Source: Squalus acanthias (Eukaryota). From it: a DNA stretch of 64,000 nt. Positions 53,088 through 64,000 of this stretch are shown one piece after another; within the stretch, counting starts at the first letter, position 1; every line of letters begins with the position of its first letter. Below the pieces are notes generated by a model. That model did no database searches. It was given only the letters and a program-made list of their open reading frames with translations, and was not told where the DNA came from. The translations under genes were made by a program, and so were the position numbers. The stretch is from assembly GCA_030390025.1 (NCBI GenBank), contig CM059452.1, positions 8,866,001 through 8,930,000 on the forward strand, given 5' to 3'.

Positions 53088-53390
53088 CACGGTGGCATAG
53101 TGGTTAGCACTGTTGCCTCACAGCGCTCGGGACCTGGGGTTCGAATCCGGCTCGGCGTGATTGTTTGTGTGGAGTTTGCACATTGTCTGCGTGGGTTTTC
53201 TCTGGGTGCTCCGGTTTCCTCCCACAGAGCAAAGATGTGCGGGTTCGGTTGATTTGGCTGTGATAAATTGACCCTTCGTGTTAGGAGGGGCATTAAATAC
53301 GTGGGGTTACGGGGATAGGTTGGGATATGTGTCGGTGCAGGCTCGAAGGGCCGAAATGGCCTCTGTCTGCACTGTGGGGATTCTGTGTGA
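53088..53390 (+). mobile_element. Near full-length V-SINE (HE1-like)
   Basis: A and B boxes, V domain, CR1-derived tail gggccgaaatggcct..ctgcactgt. Confidence 0.88.
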
Positions 53391-53894
53391 CTAGACCCTG
53401 TCTCTGTTTATATTACACAGGACCCTGTCTCTGTTTGTATTACACTGGATCCTATCACTGTTTATGTTACACTAGACCCTGTCTCTGTTTATATTACAAC
53501 TAGAGCATGTCTCTGTTTATATTACACTGGATCCTATCTCTGTTTATGTTACACTAGACCCTGTCTCTGTTTATATTACAACTAGAGCATGTCTCTGTTT
53601 ATATTACACAAGACCCTTTCTCTTTTTATATTACACTAGACCCTGTCTCTGTTTATATTACACTACACCCTGTCTCTGTTTATGTTACACTAGACCCTGT
53701 CTCTGTTTGTATTACACTTGAACCTGTCTCTGTTTATATTACACGAGACCCTGTCTCTGTTTATTTTATACTAGACCCTGTCTCTGTTTATATTACACTA
53801 GACCCTGACTCTGTTTATATTACACTAGACCCCGTCTCTCTTTATGTTACATTATGCCTTGTATCCATTGCACTGCACAGACAATGTCTGTTTG

Positions 53895-54230
53895 CGTTGG
53901 CTGAGACTCAGTGGGTGTCACTCTCGCCTCGATCTCAGAAACTTTCGGGATAAAATTCCACTCCAGAAAATTGAGCGCAAACTGCAGGCCCATCGTTCCC
54001 GTTGTCAGTAGTGAGGGAGTGCTGCACTGTCGGAGTTGCCGTCTCTGGATTGAGAAGTTAAACCGAGGTCTGCCTTCTCAGGTGGATGTAAAAGACCCCG
54101 TGGCACGATTGTGAAGAAGAGCAGGGGAGTTCTCCCCGGTGTCCTGGTCAATACTTCTTCATTGACTGTAAAGTGCTTTGGGCCGTCCTCAGCTGGTGAA
54201 AGGAGCTGTAAAAATGCAAGTCTTTCTTAT
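53895..54230 (+). mobile_element. Deu-SINE-like element
   Basis: Degenerate tRNA head, core gagggagtgctgcactgtcggag..gtggatgtaaaagacccc, tail gtaaagtgctttgg..aaatgcaagtctttc. Confidence 0.7.
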
Positions 54231-54609
54231 TGATGGATGAGATTTCTTTTGAATGATGCTCTGATGAGGCATTTCCACGTCTGAGAAGGAGAAATAGCAG
54301 CACATGGAGAGAAACACACACACATCAATGTGCTCCACACACATTGAATGGCTTTCAAATGTTGCTCATTAACAAAAGGGGAGTCCAGTTTTCCACAGGT
54401 CAGTGAAATAGATCAGTTTGTGGTGGGTGAGGGAATGGTGTTAATCGGGAAGTCCGAATAATTGTACCACAGAACCTTAGAACTACTGCACAGAAAGAGG
54501 CCATTTGGCCCATCGGGTCCGTGCTGGATCTGTGCTGGAACAACCCAATGCTAATATCATCATTGGTTGGAATATATTTTTCCACCGTTCCCTTAAAAGA
54601 TGCAGTGGT

Positions 54610-54900
54610 CTCTGTCTCAGACAGCACCTAACCCACTGAACCTCCCTCCTCCCTCGCTCTGTCTCAGACAGCACCTAACTCACTGAACCTCCCTCTCTCT
54701 GTCTCAGACAGCACCTAACTCACTGAACCTCCCTCCTCCCTCCCTCTGTCTCAGACAGCCCCTAACTCACTGACCCTCCCTCCTCCCTCTCTCTGTCTCA
54801 GACAGCACCTAACTCACTGAACCACCCTCCTCCCTCTCTCCGTCTCAGACAGCACCTAACTCACTGAACCTCCCTCCTCCCTCTCTCTGTCTCAGACAAT
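54610..54900 (+). repeat. 47-bp minisatellite (about 7 copies, degenerate copies to about 55080)
   Basis: Unit ctctgtctcagacagcacctaactcactgaacctccctcctccct.. Confidence 0.9.
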
Positions 54901-55664
54901 AATAAGAACAACTTTTATTTATATAGCGCCTTTAACGTAGTAAAACGTCCCAAGACGATTCCCCTCTCTCTCCCTCAACATCCAATTCACTTAACCTCCC
55001 TCCTCTCTTTCAGACAGCACCTAATTCACTTAACCTCGCCATTCTCTCTCTCTCTCAGACAACACCTGACTCACTTAAAGCCTTCTAATTTCTAATAACC
55101 CTCTTTGGGGAAATTGATTTTTTAACTTCCCTTCGTTTCTCCCAGTGATAAACCCTCTGCCCATCTCCCTCCTCAGTGAATGTGTTAATCCCCAATAAGC
55201 TCGTGTGTTTTAATCTTTAAAATGAGAATGGAGGTGAATACAATGTTGAGATGAGAAGCCACCTGTGTTGTGGTTCTTGGTGCTGTCAGGGTGAGACCGC
55301 CCTCACTGACAGGAAGCCTGTTCATGGTGATAACATCAAACTGATGCCTGCTATTTCATTCTCAGGCAGCACAACTTCCTGTTTCTCTGCTGCCGGTTCA
55401 AACCGCACATCTCACTTCTGAGCAGAAAATAAATCCAGGGGCCACAATCTGGCGGGAACATCTGACAAGGCGGCCTATATCTGGCACAGAGTCGGTGCAG
55501 AGCCACACATTGTGGCGACATTTACAAATGAGCCTGTGGTTTGTGTTCAGAGTCTCCATTCCCGGACAGGACTGGCGGTGTCTGTGGATCAGTCACTGAG
55601 CTCCCTCTGCTCTCTGAAGCCGGGAGCTGGTAGTTTGCTCCCTTTCATTTTATATGAGGACATA

Positions 55665-55900
55665 TTTTTTTACGCAGTGAGTTATTGCGATCTGGAATGT
55701 ATCTGCCTGAAAGTGTGGTGGAAGCTGATTCAATAATAGCTTTCAGAAGAGAATTGTATACATACATTATTGAAAAAGAAATTACAGGGCTATGGGGAAA
55801 GAGCAGGCGAGTGGGGTTAATCGGAGAGCTCTATCAAAGAGCCGGCACAGACACGATGGGCCGAATTACCTCTTTCTGTGCTGTATCATTCTGTGATTCT
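55665..55900 (+). mobile_element. CR1 LINE 3' fragment
   Basis: LPESVVEADSIIAFRREL plus gggccgaa..ttctgtgctgtat tail. Confidence 0.72.
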
Positions 55901-56487
55901 ATTTCTCAGCTTTTATCTCTCACCAGCTCGTGTCTTCTCTTTTTAGCTCTCTTTTGCACTTTATTTCTCTCTTTCTCAGAGTTTCTGGGCTTCATAACTA
56001 GAGACACAAACTACAAAATTGGACAGTTTAATCCAACTGGGGCCTCACCTGTGATTTATAAAGCTTTATCAATAACGTCCTTGCTTTAATGTGAAAATAG
56101 TGGGCAAAATAAACGAGTATTTTCTCCCAGTAGAGTTTCTGTCACTGCTGGAGAAGGTACTGAACCGACTATTTTGCTACAAGGACCTCGCTTTGTTGTG
56201 GTTACAGTAAAAACCCTGGGAGTAATTTTCATCTTCACGCCCGGGCAGTAACCCTGTCCCAGGATCAATGACCTGTAATCTGGTAAAGGGTCCGGGGCCT
56301 TATTTAAGTCCTCAATGGGGCTCACGGCAACTTTCAGTTCTCTCCCGCCCTTTTATTTTTACACGAGACCTCGCTTCTGTTGTTATCACTTCCCGATGTT
56401 ATTCTTAAAGCAGATTCCATTTACTCTCTTCTCACACTGCACACCCTCCTGGTTAGTTTTACACCAACCGCGCATCTATTACACAGC

Positions 56488-56865
56488 AACATAGGAACAG
56501 GAGGAGGCCATTCAGCCCCTCGATCCTGTTCAGCCAATCAATGAGATCATGGCTGATCTGTATCAGGACTCCCTCTACCCTCCTGGGCTCTATATCCCTT
56601 AATCCCTTGGCTAGAAAAAAATCTATCTCAGATTTAAAATTATTAATGACCCAACTTCTACTGCTTTTTGTGGGAGAGAGTTCCACACTTCTACCACCCT
56701 TGGTGTGAGGAACTGTTTCCTAACTTCTCTCCTGAATGACCTGGCTCTGATTTTAAGGTTGTGTCCCCTTTTTCTAGACTCTCCAGCGGAAAAGGTTTCT
56801 CTCTATCTGCCCTATCAATTCCTTTCAATATCCTAAAAATCTGAATCAAATCACCCCTTCACGTT
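56488..56865 (-). mobile_element. CR1 LINE 3' fragment
   Basis: aacataggaacaggaggaggccattcagccc tail and degenerate ORF2 end. Confidence 0.75.
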
Positions 56866-56899
56866 CTATTGACCACACATCTATAGTTATTGGACAAAC

Positions 56900-57346
56900 A
56901 GAAAGACTTGCATTTCTACAACACCTTTCACAACCTCAGCACCTTTACAGTCAGTGAAGTATTATTGAAGTGTAGTCACTGTTGTAATGCAGGAAACGCA
57001 GCACATATTTTTCGCACAGGAAGATCCCACAAACGTCCATGTGATAATGACAAGATTATCTGTTTTTAGTGAAGTTGTATGCGGGATAAATATTGGCTCT
57101 GGACACCGGGAAGAACTACCCTGGTCTTCCTCCAATAGTGGCCGTGGGATCTTTTATATCCACCTGAAAGGGCAGACAGGGCCTTGGTTTAACACCTCAT
57201 CGAAAAGACGGCACTAGTGCAGCACTCCCTCAATACTGGTACTGGGATTGTCGGCCGAGATTATGTGCTCATATCTATGGATTGGGAATTGAACCCACGA
57301 TCTTCTGACTCTGGGGCGAGAATGCTGCCACTGAGCCAAGGCTGAC
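56900..57346 (-). mobile_element. Deu-SINE-like element
   Basis: Reverse-complement homolog of 53895-54230 with tRNA head (ggctcagtgg..ggttcaattccc). Confidence 0.7.
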
Positions 57347-59134
57347 AAAATCCATTCCTTGTTCCCAATTACACTAGCGAGTGCCTGTGTTATTACACTA
57401 ACCCCACCCCATTTACATTGCAGTGGTCCTTGACTTTGTTATTAGACATTAGCCAAAGCATTTGCAATTATAGCAATAGGCCCTGACTCACACGCACTGT
57501 TATATGAGACCCAATCTTATTTTTTTTGCACGAGATACTGCCTGTGTTATCATCACACTAGATCCAGCATTGTGTGCAGTATTACATTAGAGTCTGCCTC
57601 TGTTATTATTTGATTAAGCACTGTCTTTGTTCCTCTCACAGTGGGCCATGACTTTGCTTTTATTACTCTGGACCCTGTCTCCACTCGTATGTCTCTGGAA
57701 TTGTTACACTAGACCTGGCCTCTTCTATTATTAGAAAATAACCTGCCTTGTTATTCCAGGTCTAGTGCACACCTCTATTATTAGAACTCTAGACCTTGTC
57801 TCTGTTGTATTTAACACAGTATCTTTCTGGTATTGTTAAAGTAGACCCTGCTCCTGTTCGTCTTACACTATCATCTCTTTCAGTTATTATTGCGCAAAAT
57901 ATTGTTTTTATTATTACTGCACAAAGACTTGTTTCTGCTAGTTTTACCCTAGGCCCTGCCTCAGTTATTACTGCACTAGACCATTCCCAAAAATATTGGA
58001 AGAGGTTGGGGAGGAAACAGTGAAGGTAGCAGTCAAAAAAGAAGAATGTGGAAACAGAAATAGTGCAAAATTCTCTGGAGAGCAGCAAGAGTTTCATTCC
58101 TTTCCAAACGGGGGAAATAATAAGTCAGAGAATTACAGATTTATTAACCTGATGCCAGGTACAGGTACAGTTTCATTTTTACCATCACTTGCACCAATCA
58201 TCACACACTCGAGGTAATTATCAGGAGATTCTGTGTGATGCTGAGGTGATCACTGGACAATAAAGAGCAGAGACTGGTGGGTAGCTGCTCATTATCCACG
58301 GTGTGAGTTAATCCCCTTCCCAACCGAATACTGAGGGTAGATATGCTCGCCTTGAAAATGAAATGGTCAGTGTGACATCACGTTCTAAACAAGAGTACGC
58401 AAGAGAATGGGTTATCAATAAATGTTAAAGATATTGAACGATCTGCAATTACATTTTGAATAAAAGGAAATAAAATGGAGAAAAATAACAGGTGAAGTTA
58501 ATCATTTATTTTTGTGGATTGCACTTGAAAACATTAAAAATGTTATGGTTTGTACACCCATACATCATACAGCAGATGCTTTTTGTGTGTTCCTTTCAGT
58601 TGTTCCTCTTAACCAGATGAGAGTTAATGAACCTGGTGGACATTAGGACCCTGCGGGCGCCCAGCCGGCGGTGCTGTGAGGTCACGGTTCCAGGCTCTGT
58701 CACACAATCAGCGTGTCCCGCGAAAGCTAAATAGAAAATACTGCAGGAAACGCAATCCTTAACATTAAAAACTGTGAGCAATTGGCACAGGACAACACCA
58801 GTGTGAATTAGTAAACTTAACACAAGAGTTTGCCACTAAGTATTGCAAAGTGCAGTGCACCATAGCTCACCTTTAGTCCTGTCCCTCAATCCCAGTTCAC
58901 CTCCGGGTGATTGATCCACGATTCACCCCATCCTTTGAACACAAATATTACCGACATTAACTAGATCAATTAGAAATTACACGCAGCTGCTGATAGTTAT
59001 TAACAAGAATAAACGTGCTTCTAAGTAAAACGAAATTGCATTCTCTTGCACGCGCATATCTATAGCTTTACGATAACCAACATCTATCTATCCCTCCATC
59101 TATCATCTGACTGTCTATCTTACAGAGACATAAG

Positions 59135-59780
59135 TGAGAAGTCGCACAACACCAGGTTATAGTCCAACAGTTTTATTTGAAATCACAAGCTTTCGGAGCT
59201 GCTGCCCCTTCGTCAGGTGAAGTGAAGGAATACGAATCGGCAAAGCATATATAGACAGAGAACAATGCCTGTGTAGCGTACAATCTCAGACGACTACAGT
59301 TAATCTTTCTGACTGCCTTTCATCACACCTCGGCAGAGAAATAATCAGGTCAGCCAGGAAGGCACCACATCAAAGACATAGCAAGATACAACTGAGACAA
59401 TGAGGTGGGGTCACAGGGGGTCTAATGTGTCAAATGCAGTCTGTATGGAAAACCATAAACTTTAAAATGTTTACTTTTTTTTACTGGAAATCACATCTGT
59501 GAACAAGCCAACGACGACTCGAGTCTGGATGACTCTACGTCGTGTAGCGTGACATGAACCCAAGATCTCGGTTGAGGCCGTCCTCATGGGTGCGGAACTT
59601 GGCTATCAGTTTCTGCTCGATGATTTTGCGTTGTCGTGTGTCTCGAAGGCCGCCTTGGAGAACGCTTACCCACAGATCCGAGGCTGAATGTCCTTGACTG
59701 CTGAAGTGTTCCCCGACTGGGAGGTAACAATCCTGCCTGGCGATTGTTGCGCGGTGTCCGTTCATACGTTGTCTCAGTGT
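59135..59780 (-). mobile_element. Penelope-like element 3' fragment
   Basis: TLRQRMNGH..EQKLIAKFRTHEDGLNRD plus pLTR with hammerhead core. Confidence 0.88.
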
Positions 59781-60424
59781 CAAGTTGCCACAACACGAGA
59801 GCCAAGGATTGCCATTGCCCCTATTGTGAAAATGACGATGTCTGTTACTGTTTCTGATATTAATGTGTCAAGAAACAACTTGCAGTGATGTACCACCTCA
59901 TCATCTTCCCCGGGAGGTCTCAAAAGATTTAAAGTGCAACTAATTGCAGATGAACGTGACTGAATCGCGCACAGAAAGATCAGTAAAAGAGCAAAGTGGC
60001 TCGATTCCTGTAAATGTATTTCTGTTGAACTTGGTTGAAGGGAGGAATGCTGACCCGGACACAGTGTGGGGCCATGGGAGCTTTAATGTCCAGCTCAACA
60101 AAAGGTGGGTGTGGAGAGATGATTGGTTTATTATATCACCTGAAAGATAGGGCCTTTTCCAGTACTGCACCGATTGGAAGCCTTGTTAATAAGCTCAGGT
60201 TCTTAAGATGAAGTGGAATCCTGAAGATATTGATTCTGAAACCAGAGTCAATTCAATTTAGCCAAGCTACTATGAAAATGCCAAATGAGCTCAGGTAACA
60301 TTTTGAATCCACTGTGTTAAAATAATACCGGTTAGTATCGTTACCATTCAGCGTTCATATACTAATATCACAAACATCAACCTCAAGAGTGCAATTACTG
60401 AACTTGTAATTAGTGCAATTAAAT

Positions 60425-60760
60425 TCATAGAATCATGCAATCCTATTGCACAGTAGGAGGCATTAACCCCATCGTGCCTGTGCCAATTAGTCCCACTCTC
60501 CTGCTCTTTCTTCAACGCCGTGCAAATATTTCCTTTACAAGTATATTTCCAAGTCCCTTTTGATAGTTTCTATTGAATCTTCCACCACCCTTTCAGACAG
60601 TGCATTCCAGATCATAACAACTTGCTGCATTAAAATATCTCCTCATCTTCCCCCTGCTTTTTTTTTGCAAATTATCTTAAATCTGTGTCCGCTGGTTACC
60701 GACACCCCTGTCAGTGGAAACAGTGTCTCACTATCAACTCTATCAAATCCCTTCATAAAG
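60425..60760 (-). mobile_element. CR1 LINE 3' fragment
   Basis: Homologous to 5395-5630. Confidence 0.7.
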
Positions 60761-60879
60761 GGAAAGCTTTAACGGGCAGCGGCATTAATTTCTGATTGCT
60801 GCCAGTGATTGATTGGTAGATTTTGGCTAGGGAAGGGTATTAAGGGTGACGGAACCAAGGCCGGCCGTGATTTAATTGA

Positions 60880-63245
60880 ACAGAGGCATGGTCTATCTAG
60901 TGCAGTACTAATTGAGAAAGGGTACCGTGTAATTTAAACAGAAGAATGGTCTAATGCTTTAATAAGGCCTATTGCAACAGAAATACGAGACATCGTCTAG
61001 TGCAGTAATAACTGCGACAGGGCCTCGTGTAATAAAAACAGAGACATGGTCTAGTGCGGTAAAATCTGAGACAGGGTCGAGTGTAATATAAACAGAGACA
61101 TAGTCCAGCAAAGTAATAACTGCGACAGGACCGAGTGTAATATAAATTGAGAAAAGGGCAAGTGCAATCTAATGAGAGACACTGACTAGTGCATTAATAA
61201 AATATACAGTAACTAGTCTAATATAAACAGGTACAGGTTCTGATTCAGTAATAACAGCGACATAGCCTAATGCAATATAAACAGAGGCATGGTCTAGTGT
61301 AATATACAAAGAGACATGGTCTAGTGCAGTGATAGTTGAAATAGTGTCTAATTGTAATATAAACAGAGGCAGGGCATAGTGCAATAATAAATGAGACATG
61401 TTTGAGTGCACTATAAACAGAGACATGGTCTAGTGCAGTAATAACTGGTACATGACCTACTGTAATATAAACACAGAGAGTGTCTAATGCAGCAGTAACT
61501 GAGACATGTGCTAGTGCAATATAAACAGAGAAAGCGTCTAGTGTAATATAAAAAATAACCTGGTCTAGTGCAGTAATAACTGAGACAGAGCCTAGCGTAG
61601 TATAAACAGAGACAGGGACTTGTGCAGTGATTAATGAGACAGGGTCGAGTGTAATATAAACAGAGACAGGGTCTTGTGTAGTAATTAATGAGACAGAGCC
61701 TAGCGTAATATAAACAGAGACAGTGTCTTGTGTAGTGATTAATGAGACAGGGTCTAGTGCATTGATAAATGAGAGAGGGCATTGTGTAATATAAACAGTG
61801 ACAGGGTATTTTGCCTAATAATTGAGACTTGTCCTAGTATATTAAACAGAGACACGTTCTAATGTAACATAAACAGAGACATGGTCTAGTGCAAGAATTA
61901 CAGAGGCACAGGCTTGTGCAATATGAACAGAGACATGGTGCAATGGAGCAGAAACTGAGACATGCCCTAGTGTACTTTAAACAGAGACATGGTCTAGATG
62001 AGCATAACTGAGGCAAGCCCTAACTGTCTCATTTATTACTGTACTCGACTCTCTGTCTCCGTTTATATTAAACTAGATCTTGTCTCAGTTTATATTACAG
62101 AAGACCTTGTCTCTGTTTATATTACACTCGGCCTTGTCTCAGTTTATATTACACTAGGCCCTGTCTCAGTTTATATTAAACTAGACCCTGTTTCAGTTTA
62201 TATTGCACTCGACCATGTATCATTTATTACTGCTCCAGAGAATGCCTCAGTTTGTATTACACTAGGCCCTGTCTCATTTATTCTGCACTAGACCATGTTT
62301 TATTTAAATTACATCCGACCTTTTCTCTGTTTATAAGAAATAGGAGCAGGAGTAGGCCATTTGGCCCTTCGAGCCTGCTCCACCATTCAATAAGATCATG
62401 GCTGATCTTCTATCTCATCTCCACTTTCCTGAACTATACCCTTATCCTTTGGTTACATAAGTCCCTATCTCACTTATTACTGAAAAAGAGCTTTTCTCTG
62501 TTTATATAACACATGATGTGGAGATGCCGGCGTTGGACTGGGGTGGACAAAAATGAGAAGTCGCACAACACCAGGTTATAGTCCAACAGATTTATTTAAA
62601 ATTATAAATTTTAAATAAATCTGTTGGACTATAACCTGGTGTTGTGCGACTTCTCATTTTTATATAACACATGACCTTGCTTATATTACACTAGACCCTG
62701 TCTCAGTTATACTGCACCAGAGACTCTCTCTGTTTGTATTACACTAGGCCCTGTCTCAGTTATACTGCACTAGACACTCTCTCTGTTTATATTACACTAT
62801 GCCCTGTCTCAGTTAGTACTGCACTAGACCCTGTCTCTGTTTATATTACACTAGGCTCGGTATCAGTTATTACTGCACTAGACACTCTCTCTGTTTATAT
62901 TACACTAGGCCCTCTCTCAGTTATTACTGCACTAGACACTCTCTCTGTTTATATTTCACTAGACCCTGTCTCAGTTATTACTGCATCAGACCCTGTCGCT
63001 GTTTGTATTACACTAGACCCTGTCTCTCTTTATATTACACCAGACCCTGTCTCAGTTATTACTGCACTAGACCCTGCTTCTGTTTATATTACACTACACC
63101 CTGTCTCTGTTTATATTACACTAGACCGTGTCGCTGTTTATATTACACGAGACCCTGTCTCTGTTTATATTACACAAGACCCTGTCTCTGATTTTGTTAC
63201 ACTAGGCCCTGTCTCTGTTTATATTACACTAGGCCCTGTCTCAAA
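60880..63245. repeat. Degenerate 27-bp satellite, minus strand to about 62020 then plus strand
   Basis: aaacagagacagggtctagtgtaatata units switch to tattacactagaccctgtctctgttta. Confidence 0.92.
62517..62661. mobile_element. Minimal Penelope-derived hairpin element
   Basis: 55-bp perfect arms (62549-62603 and 62607-62661); 16-bp flanking repeat tttatataacacatga. Confidence 0.88.
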
Positions 63246-63790
63246 TGGCCCAAAGAATTAACAGAGTAATTAAAACAAATTTTTTAAAACTGAAAGGGGA
63301 TGTGCGGACTCAGCCAGTACAGCATAACATCATCTATTAAAAGAGGCAAGAATCTAAATGATGTGTTGGTCGGCAGCAGAGTACAGGCAACGCAAAACTG
63401 TGGTGACAAGCATAGTGGAATATGTAAATACCTAAAAATCCAAAAAATGATACCAAACAGGAGCACGGGGTATGCAGCCTACATAAACCAAAAGATTGCA
63501 TGCGAACAGCCCAATGTAATCTACGGCAATCCGATGCAAACATCTTATATTTAGGGGGAACAGGGAACAATCAAAGAGCCAGGCTTACTGGGCACCTCAG
63601 TGCCACTAGAACAGAACATGAAGACAAAGCTATCACCAGACATTTCATGGAACGTGGGGTTCAGTCCCTGGAAATTATGGGGCTTGAAACCAATATGAGC
63701 TGAACAATCCCACAAAGGAAGAAGAGAGAGACGCTGGAATGCAAAATTAGAAACCCAGTTACCAAATAGCCTGAATCAAATATAAAGCAG
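63245..63790 (+). mobile_element. Degenerate Penelope-like GIY-YIG fragment
   Basis: C..NVIY, YLGGTG..RLTGH..ITRHF motifs spread across frameshifts. Confidence 0.6.
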
Positions 63791-63859
63791 GAAAACTCTG
63801 ACCCAGACCCAAACCTAAAGTTTCCCCCCAAAAACTAACCAGCTACCATGGAACCCTAC

Positions 63860-64000
63860 ACTAACCCTCACCATATTCCTATCTCACAAACCCTTACCCT
63901 AACCCTAACCCCAACCCCAACATGAACACTAACTCGAACCCTAACCCCTACCCTAACACTAACCCTATCTCACAAACCCTAGCCCTAGCCCACCCCTAAC
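63860..64000 (+). repeat. Degenerate (CCCTAA)n telomere-like tract
   Basis: ctaaccct, aaccctaacccc, ctaacccctaccctaacact motifs running off the window end. Confidence 0.6.

Larger units (their letters stand above)
25285..53860 (+). repeat. 27-bp satellite array (about 28 kb) interrupted by retroelements
   Basis: Unit tattacactagaccctgtctctgttta; source of the spurious (ITLDPVSVY)n and (YYTRPCLCL)n ORFs. Confidence 0.98.

Noticed and set aside
53088-53165. Possible tRNA gene (also 39300-39375)
   Set aside because: The tRNA-like head continues into a V-SINE body and LINE-derived tail.
55251-55295. Possible orphan V leader exon (ATG..gtgaga)
   Set aside because: Not convincingly hydrophobic and no V exon or RSS downstream.

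Overview
Eukaryotic DNA from a cartilaginous fish (shark-type repeats and genes), covering part of the T-cell receptor alpha/delta locus. Bases 1.5-6.2 kb hold a complete NAR-TCR cassette: leader, IgNAR-like V with 22/23-RSS, 12-D-12, 23-J, and an intron splicing in frame to a leaderless supporting TCR-delta V with a CDR1 cysteine. Directly behind the supporting V's recombination signal is a 60-bp tandem array of 16 further heptamer-spacer-degenerate-nonamer copies, the most unusual element in the window. Bases 12-22 kb hold seven more TCR V segments in mixed orientation: three intact, three pseudogenes, and one open V lacking both canonical cysteines. CTCF-consensus motifs lie between them. 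From 22.4 kb onward the window is mostly repeat: a 67-bp minisatellite, about 28 kb of 27-bp satellite, CR1 LINE pieces, V-SINE/Deu-SINEs, and Penelope-like elements with hammerhead-ribozyme cores and fold-back derivatives. All calls come from manual reading; no database searches were run.
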